A DNA stretch of 64,000 nucleotides, from assembly GCA_002269645.1 (NCBI GenBank), contig NIVC01003056.1, forward strand, positions 1-64,000, read 5' to 3'. Below, piece after piece: positions 50,201 to 62,900 of this stretch (position 1 is the stretch's first letter; the number at the start of each line of letters is the position of its first letter). Source of the stretch: Macrostomum lignano. Taxonomy: Eukaryota. Made by a program: the position numbers and the translations under genes. Below the pieces are notes generated by a model that saw only the letters and a program-made list of their open reading frames with translations, was not told where the DNA came from and did no database searches.

Positions 50201-53200
50201 ATTTGGAAAACTATTTCCATACTTTTAACTTTTTGCAAATATTGTACTCAGTTTTGCAAGACGTAATAGATAAAGTTGGGGGGAGGGTTCAACTTCTCAC
50301 TACAGCTGTGGATTGGAGGGTTGATTTAGATTGCGCAATCTTTTGTTAACTTTACCTGAGGCTGATACTGACTGACTGTGAAATCGGTTGCGCAATGAAT
50401 TGATTCAATTAGTTCAATATTTTTATCTGTGCCTTTTAACACGAAGCTGTGCGTAGTTCTAACCCTAACCCTAACCCTAATGAATCTGGCGAGTTGAGTT
50501 GTTTGACGGAAAAAATTCGATTAAGTCAAGTTTAGCGGAGACGATTTCAATGTTTAAATTCTGACGGAGAAGATTTCTGTTTCGTGGAGAGGATTTCGAT
50601 GATGTTCAGTTTCACGAAAGGATTTCCATGGTGTTCAGTTTCACGGAGAGGATTTCGATCATGTTCAGCTTCACGGAGAGGCTTTCTGTTTCGCTGAGAT
50701 AATTTATGATTGATTTCTGTTTTATGGAAACAATTTTGATGGATTCAGGTTTCAAGGAGAGGATTTCGAAGGAGTCCAGTTTCACTGAGAGGATTTCGAT
50801 GGTTTTTAGTTGCACAGACAGGATTTTTGCTTCGCGGAGAGGATTTTGATGGATTTGGCATCTTCAATCAGTCAGAGAAGAGAGTAAAGAGAAGACTGAA
50901 AAGAGAAGAGAGAAGAGATGATAGAAAACAGAGTAAAATTGAGTGGAGAGATTAGACATGACCGATTGGAGATGATAGGAGAGAGAATAGATGAGGGATA
51001 AGAGCGTACAGAGGCAATAGAAGAGAGGGGAGAGTAGAGGAGAAAGAAAGAGTGAGATGAGGAGATGAGGAGATGAGGGATGAGAGAGGAGGGGAGAGAG
51101 GAGACAGGAGAGAGTACAGACGAAAGACTAGGGAGAAGATATAAATAAGGTAGTAAAGATGAGAGGAGAGAGAGGAGAGAGAAGCGAAAGGAGAAGAGAG
51201 TGAGGAGAGAGGAGAGAGATGAAAGGAGCAAGGAAAGGAGAAAAGAGAGAATGGAGAGAATAGAAAAGAGAGAAGAGAAGAGACAGGGGATAGTGAAAAG
51301 GAGGAAGAAAGATGTGAGACAAGAAAGTAGTGTCAGAGCGTATATGAAATATGAGAAATGAGAGCAGAGAGAAGAGAAAAGAGAAGAGAGAGAGAGGGTT
51401 AAGAGAGACGATAGATAAGTGAGTAGAGATGACATATGAGAGAGGAGAGAAGAGGGAGAGATAAGAGTGAAGAGAGGAGACAGAAGACAGGAGAAGGTAC
51501 AGACGAAAGACGAGGGAGAAGAGATAAATAAGGGAGCAGGGGTAGAGATGAGATGAGAGAGAGGAGAGAGGAGATATGAGAGACTTGAGAGTCTTTGAGC
51601 TATGGTCTTTGAAAGATTTTGTAAAGAATTTGGAGACGATTTGGAAGATAGGGTTAAAGACATGGAATTTCAGTTGATGGATATTTCAGGGAATAGAATT
51701 CCGGTGATGGGAGTTCTTCCCCTTTCTCCTCCGAAGGAGGAGTTCCACTCGTTAATACTAAAAGTGGTGCGTTGTTTGTCTGTGTGATACATATCTCCTC
51801 CTAGACGACTTGCAAGTCAGCGTCGAAACTTATATGGGAAAACTGCAAATTTTCCGAGGATGGCAGTGGGCTATTTCAATTTTTTATTTTTGCATTTTAA
51901 GATCCCGAAAAAAGCAAAAAACTGCAATATTGACCTTTGATAATCTTATTTGTCCCCTCTTTCTGCTTGGAGCTGAAAACTTGCATGAATTTTGAGCGAT
52001 TGCGCCATAACTTTCTCCTATCTCTGCAGTGTATTTTCTCTCCAGTGGGGGTGCTTGCGTTCTCAGTGGCGGCGTGTGTACACTTGGACCTTGGCGCACG
52101 GGCTGACTGTATAGACAATTGCGCAACGATATGTGCTCTGATTTTCAATTAGGCAGCCCGGTGTATTTTTTGCACACTGAAATTCAATGCATCAACTTGC
52201 GAGCCTTTTTAGCAGGCAGGTGAACGTACACTCGATACTTCAATGCTTTAAATCGGGACATTTCAAACGCAAACTGTTCCTCGAGTTCTAAACTTTAAAA
52301 GAATATACTTATATTGCTGGAAAGATCTCGCAACACTGAGTTCGGGGATATAAGTTGTTTGTTTTAAATGTGAAAAGAAAAAACACAGCGATCGAAAACA
52401 ACTTCCATACTTTTTACTTTCTGGAAATATTGTACTCATTTTGGGGTTCAATGGGGGTTCGACCAACCCCCCAACAGTTGGTGGGAGGGGGGGGGGCGGT
52501 TCAACTTTTAATTGCCACTGCGGAAGGGGGTCAGTCGCTGTGTATTAAAGGGTTGATTTAGATTGCGCAATCATTTCGTTAACTTTACCTGAGCCTGATA
52601 CTGACTGAATGAGAAAACGGTTGCGCAATAAATTGATTCAATTAATTCATATTTTTATCGGCGCCTTTCAACCCGCAGCTCTGTGCAGCTCTAACCCTAA
52701 CCCTAACTAATGAATCCTGAGAGTTGAGTTCTGTTTGACGGAGAAAATTTCGATTGGGTCCAGTTTCGCGGAGAGGATTTCTGTTTCGCGGAGAGGATTT
52801 CGATGGTGTTCAGTTTCACGGAGAGGATTTTAATGGATTTGGAGAACAGTTAGATGATGGGATTCAGCTGATGGAGATCAGGGAATGGAATTCCGGTGAT
52901 GGGAGTTCTTCCCCTTTCTCCTCCAGAGGAGGAGTTGGCCTCGTCTTAATACTAAAACTGGTGCGATGTTTGTTTGTGTGTTGCAATTTTTCTCCTAGAC
53001 AACTAGCAAGTCAGCGTCGAAACTTATATGGGAAAACTGCAAATTTTCCGGAGCAGGCTTTAGGCTATTTTAATTTTTAATTTTCACATTTTAACATCCC
53101 TAAAAAAGCAGAAAACTGCTTTTTTAACCCCCAATAACCTTCTTTGGCCACTCTGCCTGGGGCTGCAGCCAGTTTGTAAAAATAGCCACCCCAACCTCCG

Positions 53201-56200
53201 CCCGCGGGCCGCTGTGTATTGAGGGGTGGTGGGTGCGCGTGTTCTGGGTTCAATGCAAATAAAACCCCCCGCGTGTTGGGGGGTTGAGTTAAATTTAATG
53301 CTTCCCCCAGAACGGGGGGTTGGGCTTGGGCTGAGTGTACATAGCAGTTGTACAGTGTAAATAGATAGACTGTGTCGAGATTCATTTGGTTTTATTATTG
53401 GCAGCCCTGTGTATTAGTTTGGCAGTGAAATTCAATGAATAAACTTGCGAGCTTCTCTAGCAAGCAGTCGGGAAATCGGTAAATTTCAAACGCTAACTGT
53501 TCCTCGAGTTTTAAACTTTGAGAGAAGAGACTTATATTGCTGGAAAGATCTTGCAGCGCTGAGTTCGGGGATATAAGTTGTATGCTTTAAATATGAAAAG
53601 ATATGAAAAGACTGTGTCGAGATTCATTTGGTTTTATTATTGGCAGCCCTGTGTATTAGTTTGGCAGTGAAATTCAATGAATAAACTTGCGAGCTTCTCT
53701 AGCAAGCAGTCGGGAAATCGGTAAATTTCAAACGCTAACTGTTCCTCGAGTTTTAAACTTTGAGAGAAGAGACTTATATTGCTGGAAAGATCTTGCAGCG
53801 CTGAGTTCGGGGATATAAGTTGTATGCTTTAAATATGAAAAGAAAAAGCACCGCATTTAAAAAACTATTTCCATACTTTTAACTTTCTGCAAAAATTGTA
53901 CTCAGTTTTGCGAGACGTAATAGATAAAGTTGGGCGTATTGGAAGGGGGTCTGCCGCTGCGTATTGGAGGGTTGATTTAGACTGCGCAACCGTTTATTTA
54001 AATTTAAATAAGACTGATACTGTCTGACTGAGAAATGGTTTGCGCAATTAATTGATTCAATTAATTCAACACGCAGCTCTGTGCAGCTCTAACCCTAACC
54101 CTAACCAATGAATTCTGAGAGTTAAGTTCTTTTTGACAGAGAAAATTTCGATTGAGTCCAGTTTCACGGAGTATTCTGATGGTTTTCGGTTTCACGGAGA
54201 GGATTTCTTTTTCGTGGAGAGAATCTAGATGTATTTCTGTTTTACGGAGACGATTTTGATGGATGTCAGTTTCACTCAGAGGATTTCCATGGAGCCCAGT
54301 TTCACGGAGAGGATTTCTGTTTGGCGGATTGGATTTCGAAAGGAGTCCAGTTTCGCGGAGAGGATTTCTGTTTCGCGGAGAGGATTTCTGTTTCGCGGAG
54401 AGGATTTCTGTTTCGCGGAGAGGATTTCTGTTTCACGGAGGGATTTTGATGGATTTGGTATCTTCAGTCAGTCAGTAAAGAGAGTAAAGAGAAGAGTGAA
54501 AAGAGAAGAGAGAAGAGATTATAGAAAAGAGAGTAGAGATGAGAGAGGACAGATTAGACATGACAGATGGGAGAGAAGAGGGGAGTAAGGCGGGAACGAA
54601 GAGGGAGAGAGAAGAAAAGAGGAGAGAGGAGATGAGAGGGAAGATATGAGATAGCAGAGGGAGACAGGAGAGATGAGAGGAGAGAGAAGAGAGGAGCTGA
54701 GAGTAGAGGAGAAAGAAATAGTGAGATGAGGCATGAGGGATGTGAGATGAGAGAGGAGAGAAGAGAGGAGAGAGGTGAAAACAGGGGATAAAGGAGACAG
54801 GAGAGAAAGACGAAAGATGAGGGAGAAGAGATAAATAAGGTGGTAGAGATGAGAGACGTGAGAGGAGAGAAAAGAGAAGAGAGGAGACAGAAGAATCTGA
54901 GTCTGGACAATGGCAGTCAGTTTTTGCGAACAGGGAAAACAAGATATGGTAATGGAAAGGCTTTACAGAGGATTTGGAGATGATTTGGAAGATGGGATTC
55001 AAGTCATGGAATTTCAGCTGATGGATTTCAGGGAATGGAATTCCGGTGATGGGAGTTCTTCCCCTTTCTCCTCCAGAGGAGGAGTTGGCCTCGTCTCTTA
55101 ATACTAAAGTTGGTGCGTTGTTTGTCTGTGTGTGTGTGTGTTTGTTGGATAACTCCTCCTAGAATACTTGCAAGTCAGCGTTGAAACTTATATGGGAAAA
55201 CTGCAAATTTTCCGAGGATGGCTTTAGGCTATTTTAATCTTTCATTTTCAATTTTTAAGATCCCTAAAAAAGCAGAAAATGGCGGTCTTGACCTTTGATA
55301 ATCTTAATTGTCCCCTCTTTCTGCTTGGAGCTGAAAATTTGCATAAATTTTAGTGATTGCGCCATAAAATTTTTCTATCTTGGCAGTGTATTTTCTCTCA
55401 AGTGGGGGATGGTCGCGTTCTCAGTGGCTGCGTGTGTACACTTGAACCCTGGCTCACTGACTGACTTTATAGACAATTGCGCAACTATTTGTGTTCTGTT
55501 TTTTAACAGGAAGCCCTGTGTATTTTTTGCACAGTGAAATTCAGTGCATTTTAATGCATAAACTTGCGAGCATCTTTAGCAGGCAGTGAACGTACACTCG
55601 ATATTTCAATGCTTAAAATCAGAAAGTTTCAAACACTAACTGTTGCTCGAGTTTTGAACTTAGAGAGGAGAGACTTATATTGCTGGAAAGATCTTGCTGC
55701 AATGAGTTCGGGGATATAAGTTTTTTGCTTTAAATATGAAAATTAAATTCACAGCATTCAAGAAAAGATTTTCATACTTTTAGCTTTCTGCAAAGATTGT
55801 GCTCATTTTGGAGTTCAATGGGGGTTCGACCGACCCCCCAATAGTTGGTGGGGGGGGGTTCAATTTCTAGCTGCACTGCGTATTGGAAGGGGGGTCGGTT
55901 GCTGTGTATTTGAGGGTTGATTTAGATTGCGCAATCTTTTTGTTAACTTTAACTGAGGCTGATACTGACTGCCTGAGAAATAAGTTGCGCAATTTAATTG
56001 GTTCAATGTTTTTACGGCGTCTTTCAACACGCAGCTGTGTGTAGCTCTAACCCTAACCCTAACCTTAACCAATGAATTCTGAGAGCTGGGCTGTTTGACG
56101 TAGAAATTTCGATTTAGTCCAGTTTCACGGAGAGGATTTCTATTTCGCGGAGAATATTTCGATGGTGTTCAGTTTCACGGAGACGATTTCTGTTGCGCGG

Positions 56201-59200
56201 AGAGGTGTTGGAAAATGGGATTCCGCTGATGGAGTTCAGGGAATGGAATTCCGCTAATTGGAGTTCTTCCCCTTTCTTCTCCGAAGGAGGAGTTGGCCTC
56301 GTAAATACTAAAAGTGGTGCGTTGTTTGTCTGTGTGATACATATCTCCTCCTAGACGACTTGCAAGTCAGCGTCGAAACTTATATGGGAAAACTGCAAAT
56401 TTTCCGAGGATGGCAGTGGGCTATTTCAATTTTTTATTTTTGCATTTTAAGATCCCGAAAAAAGCAAAAAACTGCAATATTGACCTTTGATAATCTTATT
56501 TGTCCCCTCTTTCTGCTTGGAGCTGAAAACTTGCATGAATTTTGAGTGATTGCGCCATAACTTTCTCCTATCTCTGCAGTGTATTTTCTCTCCAGTGGGG
56601 GGTGCTTGCGTTCTCAGTGGCGGCGTGTGTACACTTGGACCTTGGCGCACGGGCTGACTGTATAGACAATCGCGCAACGATATGTGCTCTGATTTTCAAT
56701 TAGGCAGCCCGGTGTATTTTTTGCACACTGAAATTCAATGCATCAACTTGCGAGCCTTTTTAGCAGGCAGGTGAACGTACACTCGATACTTCAATGCTTT
56801 AAATCGGGACATTTCAAACGCAAACTGTTCTTCGAGTTCTAAACTTTAAAAGAATATACTTATATTGCTGGAAAGATCTCGCAACACTGAGTTCGGGGAT
56901 ATAAGTTGTTTGTTTTAAATGCGAAAAGAAAAAACACAGCGATCGAAAACAACTTCCATACCTTTTACTTTCTGGAAATATTGTACTCATTTTGGGGTTC
57001 AATGGGGGTTCGACCAACCCCCCAACAGTTGGTGGGAGGGGGGGGCGGTTCAACTTTTAATTGCCACTGCGGAAGGGGGTCAGTCGCTGTGTATTGGAGG
57101 GTTGATTTAGATTGCGCAATCATTTCGTTAACTTTACCTGAGCCTGATACTGACTGAATGAGAAAACGGTTGCGCAATAAATTGATTCAATTAATTCATA
57201 TTTTTATCGGCGCCTTTCAACCCGCAGCTCTGTGCAGCTCTAACCCTAACCCTAACTAATGAATCCTGAGAGTTGAGTTCTGTTTGACGGAGAAAATTTC
57301 GATTGGGTCCAGTTTCGCGGAGAGGATTTCTGTTTCGCGGAGAGGATTTCGATGGTGTTCAGTTTCACGGAGAGGATTTTAATGGATTTGGAGAACAGTT
57401 AGATGATGGGATTCAGCTGATGGAGATCAGGGAATGGAATTCCGGTGATGGGAGTTCTTCCCCTTTCTCCTCCAGAGGAGGAGTTGGCCTCGTCTTAATA
57501 CTAAAGTTGGTGCGTTGTTTGTTTGTTTGTTTGTCTGTTTGTTTGTAGGATATCTCCTCCTAGACTACGTGCAACTCAGCGTTGAAACTTATATGGGAAT
57601 ACTGCAAATTTTCCGGAATCGGCTTTAGGCTGTTTTAATCTTTCATTTTTTAATTTTAAGATCCCTAAAAAAGCAGAAATCTGATTTCCTAACCTTCTCT
57701 GGACACTTTTTCTGCTCGGAGCTGAAAATTGGCATAAATTTTGAGTGATTACGCCACAACTTTTTCCTATGTCGCCAGTGCATTTTCTCTCCTGTGGGGG
57801 AATGGGCGCGTTCTCATTGGCGGCGTGTGTACAATCGGACCCTGGCTCACTGGCTGACTTTATAGACAATTGCGCAACTATTTGTGTTCTGTTTTTTAAC
57901 AGGAAGCCCTGTGTATTTTTTGCACAGTGAAATTCAGTGCATTTTAATGCATAAACTCGCGAGCATCTTTAGCAGGCAGTGAAGGTACACTCGATATTTC
58001 AATGCTTAAAATCAGAAAGTTTCAAACGCTAACTGTTGCTCGATTTTTTAACTTTGAGAGACGAGACTTTTATTGCTGGAAAGAGCTTGCAGCGCTGAGT
58101 TCGGGGATATAAGTTTTTTGCTTTAAATATGAAAATTAAATTCACAGCATTCAAGAAAAGATTTTCATACTTTTAGCTTTCTGCAAAGATTGTTCTCATT
58201 TTGGAGTTCAATGGGGGTTCGACCGACCCCCCAATAGTTGGTGGGGGGGGGGGGGTTCAATTTCTAGCTGCACTGCGTATTGGAAGGGGGGTCGGTTGCT
58301 GTGTATTGGAGGGTTGATTTAGATTGCGCAATCTTTGTGTTAACTTTAACTGAGGCTGATACTGACTGCCTGAGAAATAAGTTGCGCAATTTAATTGGTT
58401 CAATGTTTTTACGGCGCCTTTCAACACGCAGCTGTGTGTAGCTCTAACCCTAACCCTAACCCTAACCAATGAATTCTGAGAGCTAGGCTGTTTGACGTAG
58501 AAATTTCGATTTAGTCCAGTTTCACGGAGAGGATTTCTATTTCGCGGAGAATATTTCGATGGTGTTCAGTTTCACGGAGAGGATTTCGATAGTGTTCAGT
58601 TTCACGGAGACGATTTCTGTTGCGCGGAGAGGTGTTGGAAAATGGGATTCCGCTGATGGAGTTCAGGGAATGGAATTCCGCTGATTGGAGTTCTTCCCCT
58701 TTCTTCTCCGAAGGAGGAGTTGGCCTCGTTAATACTAAAGTTGGTGCGTTGTTTGTCTGTTTGTGTGATACACATCTCCTCCTAGACGACTTGCAAGTCA
58801 GCGTTGAAACTTATATGGGAACACTGCAAATTTTCCGAGGATGGCAGTGGGCTATTTCAATTTTTTATTTTCAAATTTTAAGATCCCTAAAAAAGCAGAA
58901 ATCGTAGAACAATAGGGGAATATGCCCATCTTGCGTAATTTGCAATGATTGCGCCACAACAGCTGGCCTATCTGTGCAGTGTATTCTTTCAGCTGAAGGA
59001 GTGTAAGCTGGGCCGGTTGACATCAATTTTTAGCGATTGCGCCACAACTGTGTGCACTGAGAACTTAACCAAACCCCTCTGTGTTGAGGGTGCTGGGGCG
59101 GCAGTGGAATTTAATGAATAAACTTGCAAGCCTTTTTAGCAGGCAGTGCACGCATGCGTACACTCGATAGTTCAATGCTTTAAATTGGGATATTTCAAAC

Positions 59201-59998
59201 GCCAACTGTTCCTCGAGTTTTGAACTCTGAGAGAAGAGACTTATATTGCTGGAAAGATCTTTCAATGCAGACTTCGAGGATATAAGTTGTTTGCTTTAAA
59301 TGTGAAAACAAAAAGCACAGCATTTAAAAAACGATTTCCATACTTTTAACTTTCTGCAGTGTACTCATTTTGGAGTTCAATGGGGGTTCGACCAACCCCC
59401 CAACAGTTGGTGGGAGGGGAGGGGCGGTTCAACTTTTAATTGCCACTGCGGAAGGGGGTCAGTCGCTGTGTATTGAAGGGTTGATTTAGTTTGCGCAATC
59501 TTTTTGTTAACTTTTACCGAGACTGATACTGACTGACTGTGAAATCGGTTGCGCATTCAATGAATTTAATTGGTTCAATTTTTTATCGGCGCCTTTCAAC
59601 ACGCTGCTGCGTTGTAGCTCTAACCCTAACCCTAACCCTAACCACTAAATCCTGAGTGTTGATTCTTTTTGACGGAGAAAATTTCGATTCAGTCCAGTTT
59701 TAAGGAGAGAATTTCTGTTTCGCGGAGACGATTTTAATGGATTTCAGTTTCACGCAGAGGATTTCCATAAAGTCCAGTTTAACGGAGAGGATTTCTGTTT
59801 CTCGGAGAGGATTTTGATGAATGTCAGTTTCACGGAGAGGTTTTTGATGGAGTTATCTTTTACGGAGAGGATTTCGATGATGTTCAGTTTCGCGGAGAGG
59901 AGTTGGATGATGGGATTCAGGGAATGGCATTTCAGGGAATGGAGTTCCGGTGATGGGAATTCTTCCCCTTTCTCCTCCAGAGGAGGAGTTGGCCTCGT
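44287..59998 (+). mobile_element. Head-to-tail array of 10 non-autonomous Helitron-like family-A units: approx. 44287-45573, 45574-46770, 46771-49546, 49547-51752, 51753-52944, 52945-55094, 55095-56302, 56303-57493, 57494-58729, 58730-59998
   Basis: Each unit opens with (TC)..ATACTAAA, a GTTT/GTCT microsatellite and CTCCTCCTAG (unit 6 has TCTCCTAG); carries a (CCCTAA)2-3 tract and TTCACGGAGAGGATTT repeats; and closes with hairpin CTCCTCC-nnn-GGAGGAG (units 7 and 9 have one stem mismatch) plus CTCGT (unit 3 ends CCACTT). No Rep/helicase ORF. Confidence 0.8.
48268..49385 (+). repeat. Polypurine (AG-rich) low-complexity tract in family-A unit 3; related tracts at 50871-51590 and 54472-54900
   Basis: Almost only A/G on the plus strand; shared landmarks such as GAGTAGA..GAG..GAGATTAGACATGAC. 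Confidence 0.92.
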
Positions 59999-62900
59999 AT
60001 ATACTAAAAATGAGTTGTCTGTGGGTATGCGATAGATTTCAGAAAAATTGGCTCAACCGATTTTCTTCAAACTTGCACCATTCGATCAGAAATTTTCCTG
60101 GGACGGTACATGCATCTTGGCTAAGAAATTGCTCAATGTTAAAGGGATTAAATATTCGAAAAACATGCTTTTTTGCAAAGGTCAAGCAGCTCTTTCGACC
60201 TGAAATGCATTGTAAGAATGCTAGAGAAAAAACTGACTGACTGAATTCCGATTGTGATAAAGATTGCATCACAACAAGTTGAAAACAGTGTCAAAGAAAT
60301 GCACACACGACTTGATTTAAATTGCGTAACCATATTGCTAACTTAAATTGAGACTGATACTGGCTGACTGAGAAATTGATTATGTCATAACTTTTTACTC
60401 CAATTGACTTGCTGTAAGAATTGAATTATAAGGGCCACAATTCATGTTCTCCAATTGAAAAGAGATAGCCCTGATGCGAACAGACTGGAATGCTAATGTA
60501 GCGACCTGGGTTCGAATCTTAGTAGTGCAAAAAGATTTTTTTTTATTAAAACACCTTAAAAACACAACAAAACTGCTAAACATCAAAGAAGCGCAATGTC
60601 AAACATAGAAGAGCCAACATATCGAACATAAGAGTTACCATGTCGAACATTAAAGAGCCACCATGTCAAACATTTAAGAGCCACCATGTCAAACATAAAA
60701 GAGCCACCATTTCGAACATTAAAGAGCAACTATTTTGAACATTAAAGAGCCACTATGTCAAACAATTAAGAGCCACCATGTCAAACATAAAAGAGCCACT
60801 TTGTCGAACATTAAAGAGCCACCATGTCAAACATAAAAGAGCCAACATGTCAGACATTAAAAAGCCACCGTATCAAACATAAAAGAGTTACCATGTAGAA
60901 CAAAAAAGATCCACCATGTCGAACATAAAAGAGCCACCATTTCGAACATAAAGAGCCACCATGTCAAACATTTAGGAGCCACCATGTCAAACATATATGT
61001 GACTTTATGTCAAATATTAAAGAGCCACCATGTCGAACATAAAAGAGCCACCATGTCAAACATAAAGAGCCACCATGTCAAACATTTAGAAGCCACCATG
61101 TCAAAGATTTAAGAGCCACCATGTCAAACATTTAAGAGTCACCATGTCAAACATAAAAGAGCCACCATTTCAAACATTGAAGAGCCACCATTTCGAACAT
61201 TGAAGAGCCACTATTTCGAACATTAAAGAGCCACCATGTCAAACAATTAAAAGCCAGCATGTCAAACATAAAAGAGCCACTTTGTCGAACACTAAAGAGA
61301 CACCATGTCAAACATAAAAGAGACAACATGTCAGACATTAAAAAGCCACCGTATCAAACATAAAAGAGTTACCATGTCGAAAATTAAAGAGCCACCATGT
61401 AGAATATTAAAGAGGCACCATGAAGAACATTAAAGAGCCACCATGTCAAACATTTAGAAGCCACCATGTCAAAGATTTAAGAGCCACCATGTCAAACATA
61501 GAAGAGCCACCATGTCAGATATTAAAAAGAGCCACCATGTCGAACATAAAAGAGCCACCATGTCGAACATTAAAGAGCCACCATGTCAAACATATATGTG
61601 ACTTTATGTCAAACATTAAAGAGCCACCATTTCGAACATTAAAGAGCCACCATGTCGAACATTAAAGAGCCACCATGTCAAACATTAAAGAGCCACCATG
61701 TAAAACATTAAAGAGCCACCATGTCTAACAGTAAAGAGCCACCATGTCGTACATTAAAGAGCCACCATATCGAACATTGAAGAGCCACCATGTCAAACAT
61801 TAAAGAGCCACCATGTCTAACAGTAAAGAGCCACCATGTCGTACATTAAAGAGCCACCATATCGAACATTGAAGAGCCACCATGTCAAACATTAAAGAGC
61901 CGCCATGTCAAAACATAAAAGTGCCATCATGTCAAACCTAAAAGAGCCACCATGTCTAACATAAAAGAGCCACCATATCGAACATTAAAGAGCCACCATG
62001 TCAAACATTATAGAGCCATTATGTCAAACCTAAAAGAGCCACCATGTCAAACATTAAAGAGCCACCATGTCGAACATTAAAGAGCCACCATGTCAAACAT
62101 ATATGTGACTTTATGTCAAACATTAAAGAGCCACCATTTCGAACATTAAAGAGCCACCATGTCGAACATTAAAGAGCCACCATGTCTAACAAAAAAGAGC
62201 CACCATATCGAACATTAAAGAGCCACCATGTCAAACATTATAGAGCCATTATGTCAAACCTAAAAGAGCCACCATGTCTAACAGTAAAGAGCCACCATGT
62301 CGTACATTAAAGGGCCACCATGTAGAACATTAAAGAGCCACCATGTCGAACATTAAAGAACCACCATGTCAAACATTAAAGAACCACCATGTCGAACATT
62401 AAAGAGCCACCATGTCAAAAATAGAAGAGCCACCATGTCAAACATAGAAGAGCCACCATGTCTAACATTAAAGAGCCACTATGTCGAACATTAAAGAGCC
62501 ACCATGTCGAACATTAAAGAGCCACCATGTCAAAAATATAAGAGCCACCATGTCAAACATAGAAGAGCCACCATGTCTAACAGTAAAAAGCCAGCATGTC
62601 GAACATTAAAGAGCCACCAAGTCAAACATAGGAGACGCAATTTCAAACGTAAAAAGAAGCGTCATGCCAATCACAAAGGAGCCATTATAAAGCTAAGGAA
62701 ATTGTTGCACTTGCTACTTATTGTCCAGTGGATGCTTGCTATTTAGTATAGGATCAATACTTGCTATCAATTGGTTGCTTGCTATCTGGGGTGCTTGCTA
62801 TCTGGGGGTGCTTGCTATCTGGGGGTGCTTGCTATCTGGGGGTGCTTGCTATCTGGTGGTGCTTGTTATCTGGAGGTGCTTGCTATCTGGGGGGATGCTT

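Noticed and set aside
44287-59998. True chromosome end or telomeric retrotransposon array
   Set aside because: CCCTAA tracts are only 2-3 units and internal; there is no RT ORF or poly(A) tail.
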